NCBI RefSeq assembly: GCF_006345805.1
Contig: NC_042999.1
Span: forward strand, 99,014,001 to 99,078,000
Source: Octopus sinensis
Taxonomy: Eukaryota
Direction: 5' to 3'
DNA: 64,000 nucleotides
Part shown: positions 10,983 through 24,337 of the stretch, piece by piece
Layout: each line of letters starts with the position of its first letter
Position numbering within the stretch: the first letter of the stretch is position 1
Program-made: the position numbers and the translations under genes
The notes under the pieces: model-generated
The model's input: the letters and a program-made list of their open reading frames with translations, nothing else
What the model was told of the DNA's origin: nothing
The model's database searches: none

Positions 10983-12760
10983 CTAGCCCATGTTTTGAGA
11001 TGAAGCTAACAAAACACATAGCTTAACCCATTTTGATACATAGCTGTTTATTGTATGAGATTCAATCTCTGAAGATCTGATCTGACTTCTCATATTTTTA
11101 CATCTAATGCATACATCATTTGTTGCTAAAAGCCACACTTTCAGCTTACATGTTCTTTGCTTCTCATCCAAGTTAATATGACATACACAGAACTTGACTA
11201 ACTCTTCTCCAATCTCAGTAGATCCTCCATATTTAGTATTCTTGTCTCCCTACCATGTAGCATCTCACCTCTTATTCTTACTAATTTCTATAAACTGGAC
11301 CCATGAAAAAATTTATGGATAATTTAAATATTGTCCAGTGAATAGTTATCATTTAAACAAAATTGCTTAATTTGCTCTATTGTGGTCAATGAAAAATTCT
11401 ATTATCCATTATGTTATATTTATTAATAATATAAGTATATATTAAATTATGTTGTGAAAGTATATGTTAAATTCATCCAATACAGCACTTCTCTATATAC
11501 AATGTTTCTAGAGTAGGTGATTCCCCTTCTGCGACCATGAGTGGATTCATTTTGAGGTATCTCTTTAACCCTCACATTGTTCATCACCCTTACTCTTGAA
11601 AAAGCTACGTAAAGCTGGAAATGAGTGAAGCATGGCTGTGGCAAGTGTATGCCAACTCTATCAAATGTTTGCCCCTGTGCTTTATTGATTGTCATAGAAT
11701 AGGACAGATGAACCGGGAACTGGGTCCGATGCAGAACAAATGAAATTTTTGCATTGCTTGGAATAAGTTTGATTCTGGGAGTCAGTACTCTCGTGTGAGA
11801 ATGAAATCCACTAATAATTGACACTTCGATGCTATGCTCACAGAGCTGAAGTACTTCCAAGTGAGTTCTGTTGCATAGAGCTTGTGTTATAGAGAGGTTT
11901 GTAAGAAACATAATAATTGCTCCAACTTTTGAGTTATGGCGATGGAGAAGCATTCCAGAAGGTGTAAGAGAGTTTATAAACTCATTCTGGGTTTCTTCAT
12001 TATCAGAAGTCACTGAGTCAGTGCTTAGATGTATCTTAGTTTCAGTGGGCAATCTATTTAGAATTTCTTTGTTTACTGCTAAGCAGTAAAATTTTTAGGA
12101 GATAAGATCACTCTAGTTTTCATTTCTTCTATTGTACAGTTATCAAATATATCAGATACCAAAGAATTGTTACATATGCATGCATCAGGAATATCAATAG
12201 TATCTTCTGTGTGGTTATCAAGAGAGCTTTGAAGAAATCCACTTCTAATTTGTAGTAGCCACCTTGAGAAATCTTGTTCATTTGCATTTGTTCTCATGTT
12301 TTGCGTAAGTTGCATTTGATGGAAATTATCCCACATAGTGGAGCATTTGAGGCAGGCGTCAAGTACAGCTGCAGAAGGAGTTCTGGGAACAACTGGAAGA
12401 ACTTGTCTAAAATCTTTTTCTAGTACGATAATTTTCCCACCAAATATACTATTACTATTCATATCTCTTAAACAATTATCTATAACTTTCAAAGCATAAA
12501 CTGGTATCATTGAAGCTTCGTCAATAATGAAGACTTTTATTTGCCTAAGTATATTTCCTTGATCAGAATTTGGTGGAACACTGCACACACTTATTTCACT
12601 CAAAGGAACTAAAAGCTGAATATATTGTGAAGAGTTTTACCACCTTTCAAGAGTGTTGCAGCAATACCAGTCCAGAAGCCAAGGGAAATAATTCGAATTT
12701 AATCCTGACTTATCTCCCTTAGTGTGACAAACACCAACGGTACAAACGTACTAATATATA
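10983..12760 (-). mobile_element. Helitron remnant: frameshifted PIF1-like helicase C-terminal half plus probable 3' terminus
   Basis: Motifs WTGIAATLLKGGKTLH (~12650), IIDEASM, DFRQVLPVV, LTQNMR, FPVHLSYSMTINKAQGQT, QLYVAFSRV and RNIVYREVL (ORFs 12079-12603, 11447-12052). A decayed hairpin plus CTAG|T lies at ~10983-11005. Walker A and Rep domain not found. Confidence 0.9.
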
Positions 12761-15700
12761 GATTACTTTTTGCGTAGAAAGAGGAAGTCTCTTCTACAAT
12801 GGATAGAGCATCTTTCTGAACTTTTACCTCTTCCTTACTATAGTATGTTTTCACTACCCTCACTCCCTATTAACACTAATTAAGTTACATAAGTAATAGA
12901 CACTATACTCTACATTTATTGAGCTGACTGAATAGTTCATGGACTACATTGCATGAGTGTCCCTATTTCTAGTTATTCTTTTATATCAAGCATATTTGGC
13001 ATTATGGTGCTCTATCAGTCTGCCAGAGATTCCATTATATCTTTTGTGTACCCATTGCTTGAATTAAGTATCAATAAAAAGAGCAAAATCAGAAATCAAC
13101 AAATTTGTGAAAACTATTCACCCATGAAATTACTAAAACTTAGATGCAAAATGTTAGAAAATATGAGAAACAACATTTTGTAGTTTGTGAGCACATTTGG
13201 ATTTGGAAAAAGAATATTATAATTTACTTTCCTTTAACAATCAGCATTTCATTCTGACCAATTTTTCCTGAAACAGCAACCTTGTAGAAACTGTTTTTTA
13301 TTTTCAATGGTGATGTCACAGTACTCTGTACATTTACTTTTGTTTTCTTTCAAATGTTCACCATTTTACAACTAATACAATCAGTCAATTGAATTGGATG
13401 TCTTTAAGCAATTTATTATGTGTACCTGTATACTTGAATGTGATTCTTATCTAAAATTCTTTGCATGACAAAAATTCAACATTCTGGAATGTATTCTCCC
13501 CACAAAAAAAAAGCCATTCATCTAACTGGTAAACTTTTACTAACCAGCTACAAACACTGATGCACACTTTCCTTCAGACTATCCTTTAACTATCATTTCT
13601 AACAAAGAATACACTGATTGAAAAAAATGATGAATTTATTTTCAGCTGATATGCTTTTGATTGTCGGTCTTCTCAGTCAGATCCAACATGAAGCTATAAC
13701 AACAACCACCATTATTCCTACTACATTGGTTGCTGTTCCTCTGTACTAAAAGGCTGTTTAACATTTAACTGAGTTCAGTTAATTCGCTTGTCTCCCATCC
13801 TTTTTCCAAAGTTATGATATCTCATCTTCTTTAATTAACATGCTTTGCCCTGTCTTCCGTCCTCTGGAATCACCTTCCAGCTCACTTGTGGAGCATTAAG
13901 CTGGAAATCTAGTAACATCAGCTTCACTAGTTTGCAAAATCTATGAGAAACATATTTTTTGGTAGTAAAATCTTGTGACTTAAATTAAAACATCAGATTG
14001 AAGTTTTACCTCTATTCTATTAAAGCTGATTGAAATATTTAAATAAACTATTGGAGTTCTAGAGCAAATGTGTTTTTACTATAATTATTATTGGTTATTT
14101 AGAGTTAGTTTGATAATAATCTCTCTTAGATTACAGTGAGAAAGGTGTTTATTCTCAGGTCAGACTTAGGATTAAAAGCATTCCTGGCTATGGTTATTCA
14201 TACAGAGTGACCTGGAGTTACTCTATCCATTTTGTCTATTTTCTAAGACAGATTGATTTGACTGCTTTTTTCTAGTATCTTGAGTGACTACAAAGAAATT
14301 CTTTTTCTCTGATAGTTCATAGTTTTATTTCAAATCCGACATTTTTCTCATATAGACCCTACCAAATGAATGTGGTTTTAATTTGTTTTGCTTTCATTTA
14401 CAAACGAATTAACAGTTAAAAAATCTTTTTTTAAAACCTTTTCTAAGTTTCTTAAAACAGTATTTATCAAATTGTTTCAGATGATTTCTAGCATTAACTT
14501 TCATAATCTGGCTGATTTATCTGGAAACTCAAATGTATTAAAGAAGGCGTAGATGTTACAACTATTTTTTCTTACATCATATTTTGAAGTACAATGAATC
14601 AATGTAAAGTATGAAGTGTACTTCACATGAATGGATGGTTTCTCTGTCATGCTATTAAATCTTTCTAATAAAACCTTTGGACAGTTGCTAACTTATACTT
14701 CTCATCTCTAAAATTTTATCCAAAGTATTTTTTTATTGTATACTGACCACTTCTTATCTCTTTGTGATTCAATACCTTCCATTGCTATGGGCCTTCTTAA
14801 TTCTTCATCCCATCTGTAAAATGTTACTTTTATCTCACAGACATGAAAAGAATAGTAGTTTTAGAAGACTTTGCTCTAGACACTGTCATTTTATAGAAAT
14901 ATATTACATTTACCATTGATTTCTTTCCTTCATTTACATGTATTTATTCTCTATCATGCAGTTAACTGTTTCACAACAAAATATATCAATATCCTATTTC
15001 CTAGAACTTTCTCAATGCAACAAAAAATTTCATTCACCTGGTCTTTTATACTACAAATAAATGAATGCCTACTTGCAAGCTCTCCCACTTCTGTTGCTTT
15101 TCACTTACTCTTTCTCTTTCTAAATCAGATCTGAGTATATCTGCCTCTGCTAATATCTCTTTGTAACTTTCATATCAGTTCTCTATTATGAGTGTATTTG
15201 TATATTTAGTATTTTTTATTTTTCCTAAAAAGCATCTCGTATATATATATATATTTTTTTTTTATAATGTACATTTTTTGCTTCAAAATATATCACATTA
15301 TCAACAATCAAATATAAATTCAGCGGCAATCTTCTTTTTACTTATGAGAAGAAGGAAAGATTCTGGATTTATCTATTCAAGCATAACACCACCTGCAATG
15401 AAAGCTGTTAGTCTATTAATTTGAAAATTTGGATATAATGTCTTAGCAAAAATATTTTACATATATCATTTTTTGAAAATATTATCTATTAATGAACAAA
15501 ATGATGATATTTCAGAAAATACTTGTCATGTTTCATGTATCAGTTGAGAAGTACACTGGCTGTTCAGTCTCACTGCAATCATATTTCTTCTGTTTCTAAT
15601 CTATAGCATTCATCAGAAAAAAAGAAAGAAAAAAACTGAAAAAAACTCCACAACTTCAACAAATAAATCATTGCATCTGCAAAGCAAGAAAAATATTAAA

Positions 15701-15917
15701 TTAATGTCTGAGTGATGCATTCTACTGTTTTATACATGGGAGAACACCACTCTCTGAATTGCCTTTCCAAGACGTCTCTGCTTAATACTTATATGACATA
15801 ATTTATGCATGTGGCAACGTGCAACCTCCTTGGCTTTAATAATTTTTAAATTTCATTTATGTAGCCAATACTTAGTTTCTTTATTCCTTCCAGTAATATT
15901 AATATATTTAATATATA

Positions 15918-17173
15918 CACAGGCATGCAGGAAGTAAATAGAGACTTTAATTTTCAAAATCTTTTATTTAATACGCAAAGCAAACAATTGAAATGTAATC
16001 GCTAGGACTACATACTTTAGTATTTAGTTGACATTCCCTTTGCAGTTTTTAATTCAGAAACTCTTTTTGGCATTGAACTGATGAGCTTTGTGATAGTCAC
16101 TTGTGGAATTTATGCCCACTTTTCATGCAACAATTGAAACAATTCATCTTTAGATTTAGGTTTCTGTCAAGTTTTTTTGTATAGCTCTATCTAGTATGCT
16201 CCAAAGATTTTCAATTGGGTTCATTTCAGGAGATTGGCTCGGCCAAGGAAGCTTTTTGATCCCATTTTCAGTCAACCATTGTTGATTCCTTTTTGCTGTG
16301 TGGCATGAAACCCCATCTTCCATGAATAAAAATTCATTTTTCGTTATGTTATTGTGTAAATACATCGGAAATAGTCCTTGCTTAAGTATTTCGATGTATT
16401 TTGCAGAGTTTATGGTTCCAACACATTCGATCAGCTCAGAACGACCGTTGCTGGTGACAACTCCCCATACCATTACAGAGATACCACCAAGTTTCACAGT
16501 TGGCTGGAGTCGTTTCAAATCAAATTCTTGATTGGGAAGCCTCCAGACCCAAACGCATCCACTGTCTGAAAATAATGCAAATCTGGAATCATCTGAGAAA
16601 GTCACTCTATCCCAAAATGAACTGGATTTTTCTGACATCTCCTTAGCCCATTTCTTTCTTTTCATGATATTAATTCGTTGAAGGAGAGATTTTCTTCTAG
16701 CTACTCATCCATAATACCCAAGCTTATGCAGATATGTAACACACAATCTTGGACTAACTTCTAGCTGTTTTGCAATGTCAGAAGCCTTTGATTGGGCTTC
16801 ATTTTCCACGATTCTCTTCAAACAGCAAAGCTTCGTTTCTGAGGGCCCAGGTCAGCTGGGACGAGAATCTGTTGATTCTTTTCCTTGGCTTTTGAATTGC
16901 ACTATAATTCTATTAACACTATCAAGAGGAATTTGAAGATTTTCGGCAATTTTTTGCTGGCTAAGACCAGCCTCATATTGCCCAACTATATGACCTCTTT
17001 GAAAATCTGACAGTACTGAATTCTTTGTGCGGGGCATGGTTACTCTTTGCAAATGTTTAATATAATGGCACCTGGAATGAAAAAGAATAATTATATTGTA
17101 AATTCTACATTAAGGCGCTTAGATCAGAAATTTTTTAAGTTAAAGGTGTCTATTTACTTCCTACATGTCTGTG
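15918..17173 (-). mobile_element. Tc1-family DNA transposon (DD34E), defective, 1256 bp
   Basis: TA on both sides; ~30-bp TIR CACAG(G/A)CATG(C/T)AGGAAGTAAATAGA; N-terminal HTH ORF 16852-17052; catalytic ORF 16156-16665 with FSDDS...MEDG...SPEMNPIE (34 residues between D and E). Confidence 0.93.
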
Positions 17174-18280
17174 TATATAAAATATATTTTATTTGGTTTT
17201 GACAATTGTGTCTCCTTAGGGGAAGCACATTAATTGAGTGGTTAAGATGTAGACCTACCTGCTCATGATTTTAAATCTGATTTTTTTTTGGTCTATTTTG
17301 CATTTACTCAGCTGTTGGAAACAGACATTAAATGATTTAGAAATGTTATCTGTGAAAGGATAGACATGTATCCTATCCTAATGAAATCCATTTTGCATAC
17401 ACTTATGCTTATGGAACCAGAGTCAAGGACCAACCCTTTAAAACCTGACTAGTCTGAGAAGATAATTACATATTTTTAGCATAGAGTTTCCTGTTACTAA
17501 AATTTTGTATGAAGTCTTATGCTTCTAATGTTCTTTGTGGTATGATATGTTCAGAAGAACTCTCAGAAAAATGCAAAATGTTCATGACAAGCATATATTA
17601 TTACTTCCAAGATGCAATTGCATTAAATTGTTGCAAAGACTGCTTCATATTTACTAAATGTAACTGATATTGGTTTCTGAAGCATGCAATTTGATATCAT
17701 AAACATATTGTCTCCTCTCTTCATATTCTGTTATAATTGGTATGGGGGCTTTTGCTCCTTGAAGCTGGCTGTCATCTCCAGTCAAGCTCTCCCAACTTAA
17801 CCATTTCCACTTCTCTCATTGTCCACATTGTGTCACAACCACTGGCTCTTCAGTAACTACTGTTCCCAGTTGTTTCTAACCAAGATGCCCACCTTCTGTA
17901 ATTCTCTCTTGGCACATATTTTCCTTGCATCCATTAACTTGCTGCTGTTCAAGAGGAATGTTAACTGTATTAAAACCATCAGCATTAATGGAGTTGTAAA
18001 GATCATGGGCATAGTCTCTTTCTCCAGATCAAATAATAAATAGAATTTTAAAATGGTAAAAAACGCCATATGGCTTGTGTGCAAGTTGAGTTTGAGTGCA
18101 TTGTGTGGTATATAGAATAACAACAATCTTATGATAGAGCCTAGGAATGTTTATTCATTATTTCATTCTACTCTTGTATAAAATATGTTTGAAAAATCTT
18201 CTTAGAAATATTATTTAATTTCTTTATCTAACTATTGAGTTTTTATCTTGTTTTACATTTTTATCTTATTTTTATTGCAG

Positions 18281-18387
18281 CGGAAGGATTACATCTGGCT
18301 CACCTAATGTCTGCTCATGGCTATCTTTTCCCAATTGATGACCACGTGTTAACAGTTAAAAATGACAACACGTATTACCGTTTCCAG
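18281..18387 (+). CDS. RGS7: R7-RGS coding exon (DEP domain C-terminal part), 107 bp: [36 protein letters not shown]
   Basis: Polypyrimidine tract plus gcAG acceptor at 18279-18280 and GTAAG donor at 18388. The translation closely matches the RGS6/7/EGL-10 segment [35 protein letters not shown] recalled from memory. Starts in phase 1, ends in phase 0. Confidence 0.96.
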
Positions 18388-19379
18388 GTAAGGTATATCT
18401 TTTTGACACCTTTATTCTCTTTAGCTTTTGATTATATTTTCTCTATTCAAAATATGGGGTGTTTGATTCAAAAGAATTCTGAGAAGGATGTAAAATGTTT
18501 ATTCAATTCATTACTATTATTGATAATAAAACTTCATTATCTCCAATATTGCATTAGTTTATTTGAAAGAATTAAAGTTGTTATTTTAACTCCAGCTCAC
18601 CCCTGACTACTATGACCAAAGGTATTCAACCATGACCATTTTTTTTTTTTTTTTTTGCTGGGTGGCACATATCTTGAACTACATTATCTGATATTTCCAA
18701 CAAGAAGATGGTAAGATGTGATTTTAAGGAGATTTGGATATTATTTCTAGCTACTAGTTGAGCTACCATGGAGAGGCTCCTCTGGCTTGCAGAATTTCTT
18801 CTGTTTACATGAAACCAATGAATAGCACTTGGCAGAGTCTTTGAAACATGCAATTCAATATCCGTGACATAAACACAGCAACTCAGTGAAGGTATAGCTT
18901 GTGAGGGAGCACAGTTCCAGAGAAGATTATGCTGGATAAGATAACAGTAACTTTAGAATATGTAGGGAAGTAAATGCTACTTACTTTTAATGTTGTGAGC
19001 ATTATTGTTTTAATTAATCAGGATATATGTGCTGAAAAATGGCCAACATTTTTTAACAATAATAAAGCAAACAAAATTGAGGATAGCTACTTAAAATTAT
19101 CAAAACAAACAAACAAAGTCATTCACACACACACACAATTTTGCTTAGGCATTACAAGATTAATAACCTGAAGTAGATCTCAGTGTATGTATGTGAAGTG
19201 TTAGATGAGTATAGAGCAGTAATCAGAAAATGAAATGACAAAGGGGAAAGAGATATTTATGTTTTGAACTTCATAAGCTTACATCAGTTTCTGCTTTAAA
19301 ATGTGGTGATTTCATAGTTGAGTGCCTGAATAACATCCTATAGTTTCATTGCATCCTCAATTATGAAGTGCAGTTTCAT

Positions 19380-20835
19380 CATCAGCATCATCATTTAATG
19401 TCTGCCTTCCATGCTGGCACAAAACTTTTGTAGCTGTTTTAATAGGATTTTTACAGCTGGATGCCCTTCCTAACACCAACCACTCAACAGAGTGGATTCA
19501 GTGCTTTTTACGTGGCACAAGTACAGGTGAGGTCAGTTTTGGAAAGGTTTTTACTGCTGGATGCCCTTCCAAATGCCAACCACTTTACAGTGTGGATGGG
19601 TGCTTTTAAGTGGCACCTGCACTGACGGGATTACCTAGTAGTTGCAAGACAAAAAAAATGTCTTTGAGAGGGGAGCGGGAATTGGAGGAGGTGATCTTGT
19701 GTTGGATGATGAAAGGTTATAGTGAGACAAAGAGATAGAAACAGGTGTCTTGCTGTAGAGGAGGTACAAGGTTACCTGGCTGGAGAGAAAGAGAGAGAGG
19801 CAGAGAGTGAGTCAAGAATGAAGACCAAGAGTGAGTCAGGAATGAAGACAGAAACAGGTGCACTGCCAACGCAAAGGAAATACATGGTTACCCAATCTGA
19901 GAGAAGTGCAGGAGTAGGAAAGAGAGAGTTGGAGACAGCAGGATAGAGGCAGTGGCAAAGTGTCAGGTATACTCACAAGGGACGGGGATCAGAATATAAA
20001 TGTGATGGTTGAGTAAAAGAAGAGAGAAATACAGATGGTGGCAAGTGCCATGACATACCCTTGAGGTTCGAACACCATAATATAAGTGGCAGGATATTAT
20101 GAAGGAAGCATGATTAAAGAGTGCAGGGGTGAGGGATGAGTGGTGAAAACCTGGGTATATATAGAGCCAAGGGGCTATCGGATAGCAATGATACAAAGGA
20201 ACAGGGCCATGAGGACAGGATTGGGGAGTGAGAGCTAGGCATAGTGTATGAGGGAGGAAATGTGAGGAAGAGAAGAGATGTAGATTGGTTTGTTGGGTAG
20301 GGTGTGTGGAAAGTTCTCTTGTTACATGTGGGTAGAACATACAGGTTGGGGGCTAGCACATAAAAATGATACAGTAAGACGGCGTGTGGGTGGAACACGT
20401 TAGTTGGGGGCTAGTGGAGAGCAATGATACTGTGGCACAGGGCCAAGAGAACAGAATTGGGGAGTGGGAGGTAAGTACAGTGCATGAAGTGGAAATGTGA
20501 GGAAGAGATGTAGTTTGGTTTTGTTTTGGTAGAATGTGTGAGATGTTTTCTTGTTAAGTGTGGGTGGGACACACAGCACTTCTAGAACTCAGTTTCACTG
20601 ATTTGGGCAGGTTTTCCCAAGAACTTCATATCACTAGACATCCTTGTTTTTTGTCATTTCCTCCGCGAGGCCCAACATTCTGAGATCAGTCCTTACTACT
20701 TCATCCAACGTCTCCCTGGGTCTCCCTCTTCTGCGGGTACCATCCACTTTCAGTGATCGGCACTTCTTTATGCAGCTGTCCCCATTCATACGTGTCATAT
20801 GTCCAAACCAACATAGTCTTCTATCTCACATGCTA
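19380..20835 (-). mobile_element. RTE-clade LINE 3' remnant with long purine-rich 3' region and (CAT)n tail
   Basis: 20640-20830 on the minus strand reads WFGHMTRMNG..CIKKCRSLKVDGTRRRGRPRETLDEVVRTDLRMLGLAEEMTK; the tail motif catcatcatttaatgtctgccttccatgctggca is at 19385. Continuity across the middle is uncertain. Confidence 0.55.
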
Positions 20836-20856
20836 CATTTGATTCCGCCATAATTG

Positions 20857-20938
20857 AGGCTCTGATGAAGCTATAGAATGTTATTCAGGCACTCAACTAT
20901 GAGTCCAGTGCATCTTATAGCAGAAACAGCTGAAAGTT
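20857..20938 (+). ncRNA. Degenerate type I hammerhead motif (cleavage triplet mutated)
   Basis: CTGATGA at 20862-20868; helix II GCTATA/TATAGC with a long loop; GAAAC AGCT G(A)A, where GTA has become GAA. Confidence 0.6.
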
Positions 20939-21406
20939 AATGGAGTACATAACATAACCGGCTTTTTTCCTTTGTCATCTCATTTTCTTATACACACATA
21001 TATATGTATGTATGTATGTATCCTATATCTTACCACTACCAACTCTTACCTTTCCTCGATGGACACTACCTCTCCATTGGATTTTTTTACCTCTAAGGAC
21101 ACCTACCCTATGGCTGCACCTCTCCTACATGGATCAAAGTGACTTTGTTATTGATATATATGTATATATATATATATATATATATGCATATACACACACA
21201 AACACATACATATATGTATGTATACAAATAAAAACACATTTGTATATGTGTGTGTGTGTGTTTGTGTTTTTCTCTCTTGACAACTAGTGTTGGTTTGTTT
21301 ACACTCCCATACCTTAATGGTTCAGTAAAAGAAACCAACAGAATGAGTACCCATGCTTAAAAAGTAAGCAGCAGTGTCAATTTGTTTGACTACTAAAACC
21401 CTTTAA

Positions 21407-21619
21407 CTCTTTTGCATTTAATCCCGCTACATCTGGCCCAAATATTCTACCTGTTTTATGTTAAAACTGACCAGATCCAACCCCCTTCACACCTACCCTA
21501 CAATGTTAGTCAAAAAAATTTACAAACACACGATTGAAATCTTGAAGCTACAAAATATTGTGTGATTAATTCAAAACAATGTGAGTAAATAAGTAATACA
21601 TTTGACAAATGCTAAGGGG
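21407..21619. mobile_element. piggyBac-type MITE (213 bp)
   Basis: TTAA at 21403-21406 and 21620-21623; imperfect TIR CTCTTTTGCATTT / AAATGCTAAGGGG. Confidence 0.6.
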
Positions 21620-21943
21620 TTAAAAAGCATTGTCCCAACATGATTATAGTCAAATGATTGGAACAAGTAAAGGCAAAAGATGAAAGCTTTTTTATTTTAA
21701 GCTGAGTTTTGAGTTTTGAAGGATTTCTATATGTTATTGATCACTGTAAAATTATAACCTAAAACATTATTATTGTGATGTCTGTATCCTTAAGTTGGTG
21801 CTTTGTTGTTTTCAAATTTAGCCTTTCAAAACATGTAAACACACATTAGTAAACTAATTTATGTTCATATGTTTTAAGTTTTTTTTTCAATAATTTCAAA
21901 TATGAGTTTGTTTTTTGCCTCTCTATTTCTCTCTCTCTCTCTC

Positions 21944-22345
21944 TTAGTAGTAGTAGTAATAGTAGTAGTAGTGGTAGTAGTAATAGTAGTAGCAGCAGCA
22001 GCACTGATGGTGGTGGTGGTGGTAGAGGTTGTAGTGCTGGTGGTTGTAGTGGTAGTGGTTGTAATGCTGGTAGCTGTGGTGGTTGTCGTGATAGTGGTTA
22101 TAATGTTGATAGTTGTGGTGGTAGCTGTTGTAGTGATGGTTGTGGTTTTAGTTGTAGAGGTTGCAGTGTTGGTAGCTGTGGTGGTAATGGTTGTAGGAGT
22201 TGTTGTGGTAGTGGTTTTAATGATGATAGTAGTGGTGCTTCTGGTTGTGGTGACAGTGGTGGTGGTGGTGGTAGTAGTAGTAGTGGTATTAGCGATAATG
22301 GTTGTGGTTGTGGTACTAGTAGTAGTAGCAATAGTTGCAGCTCTA
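21944..22345. repeat. Imperfect (GTA/GTG/GTT)n trinucleotide array
   Basis: Visible directly; explains the poly-Val ORF 21902-22411. Confidence 0.9.
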
Positions 22346-23921
22346 GTGTTTCATAGGATATCTGAACATTTTTATATGTATTATATTCCAAGTATTACAC
22401 TGTCTAATTAATTAGATTTAAATTTTTTCAACAACTCAGTAGCCTTTATTTTATCTTTTTTTTTATGAATGTGTGTGTATGTGTCTTAGTGTGGAGTATG
22501 CACACACATGCATGACACATACACACACACACACACACACACATATTGCTTGTAAAATTTAAGACAATCAATATCTTTATTTTCTCTGTCTTAAATGTCA
22601 TCGCATTCATTTAAATGCATAATTTATCAGTTTAGGACTACTGTTTATACTGTTGAAGTGTTGCTTCAATACTATACAATTTTGCACAGTGTTATCATGT
22701 AACTTAGTTATTTCATTGCTTTTATTCATTTTATAGTTCACATTAATTTGTTTTGTTTTTTTTTCCATTTTAGCTTGAGTGAGATAGTTTTACAAATTTA
22801 GACATTTACACACTGTTAGGTTAGAAAAAAGGGATGTTAAATTATAATGATGATGATGACGACAATGTCGATGATGTGTGTGTGTGTGTATATATTTATC
22901 TATTCTTAACTTGTTTTTTTCTTCGCTGCTATTTCTAATCAATTAAGCAACATTGAAATAGAGGAAGTACTAAAGATTATGGTTTTCCAAAACTGCTAGC
23001 TTTATCTTAAGAGATGAGAACTTTTTAAACATTTACATGTACCTATGTGTCAGTTGATTTGATATCTGATTGTCACAAAATCCTTCATTCCTGGATATGT
23101 ACACAGACTAGAATAAAAACAGAAACCTTTCTTTTTAAACTAAAAGTAATAACACTGTTATCCATTAGACCATTGACAAATGAAAAGCTCATTTTGTACT
23201 TAGTATATCAATCTGCCAAATTGACCCTATATATATCTGCTGAAGTATGTCTTCTGCATAGGGTACAACAAGCATGAAATTTGTCATCTTTATTATGATG
23301 AAATCAGACATAGCTGGTTCTTTCTTTTGTATGGAGTATTCTTATTATTTCTGTATACTATGCACTTTTGTAAAATGATAACCCATAGTTATGTGTAGTG
23401 ATAACCAAGAAAAATAGCTTTTGGGCATAATACATGCTGACTTTTCTTTAGTATTATGATGCATGGAAAAAAAGTGTGTTTTGTTAGATTTGTTATAATT
23501 GCTGTATAGAATATATTGAAAAACTTCAGTCATTCTAAAGGTAACAAAAACCAAAGAAAAAGCAAATTTGAAAGTGATCTTTGAACTTTATTGGTGTCAG
23601 CTATAAAAGTACATTTCCTGTGTAGTCAGCATTTTAGAAATCACTAGATCATGGTTCTTTTATGAAGAAGGTACCAATCATACATAAATATCAATCACTT
23701 CACCATTCCTCATGACTTTTCTCAATACATCTGTAAATCTTATCACCCTGATATCTAACTTTATCACCTCTTCCTACGTGTTCTCAAGATACTTTCTTGC
23801 TTGAATTTAGTTTTGACGAAAAATTATTACACTATTCTTCCTAGAATGTCATTATTGTTGTTGTTGCTTAGCTACATATCAGCCCTAATCCAGCAGATCT
23901 ATGCTCAAATGTATTCAAATG

Positions 23922-24337
23922 AGGACCGGCTGTGTGGTTAAGAAGCTTGATTTGCAACCATATGGTTTTGGGTTCAGCCCCACTATGCTGCACCTTGGGC
24001 TAATGTCCTTCTTCTATACTCTTAGATTGAGCAACGTTTTCTGAGTGGCTTTTGTAGATGGAAACTGTGAGGAAGCCTATCATGTGTGTATTTGTGTGTG
24101 TGTAAATACACACACACACACACTCGTACACACACACATGTCTGTGTGTGTATGTGTCCTTGTGTTTATATTTGTCTGCCCTCACCACCGCTTGTCAGTT
24201 AGTTTCTTTACTTTCCTGTTTCTTAGCAGTTTGGCAACAGAATCTGATAGAATAAGTACTGAGGTGGATTTCTCCAACTAAACATTTCAGTGCTGTGCCT
24301 GAGCATGGCTGCAGTCCTATGACAAAAACAAGTAAAA
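23922..24337 (+). mobile_element. tRNA-derived SINE, degenerate
   Basis: Head ggctgtgtggttaagaagctt...gggttcagcccca, middle (TG)n and tail gatagaataagtact..gacaaaaacaagtaaaa. Confidence 0.65.

Noticed and set aside
13700-13745. Minus-strand CSRNNGGCC resembling an EGF-like start
   Set aside because: Isolated short match with no further cysteine pattern or splice sites.
15585-15620. GTTTC...TCATCAG as a minus-strand hammerhead
   Set aside because: No helix II, no cleavage triplet and no helix I.
21902-22411. 169-aa poly-Val ORF resembling a membrane protein
   Set aside because: It is the translation of an imperfect GTN trinucleotide array inside an intron, with no splice or domain support.
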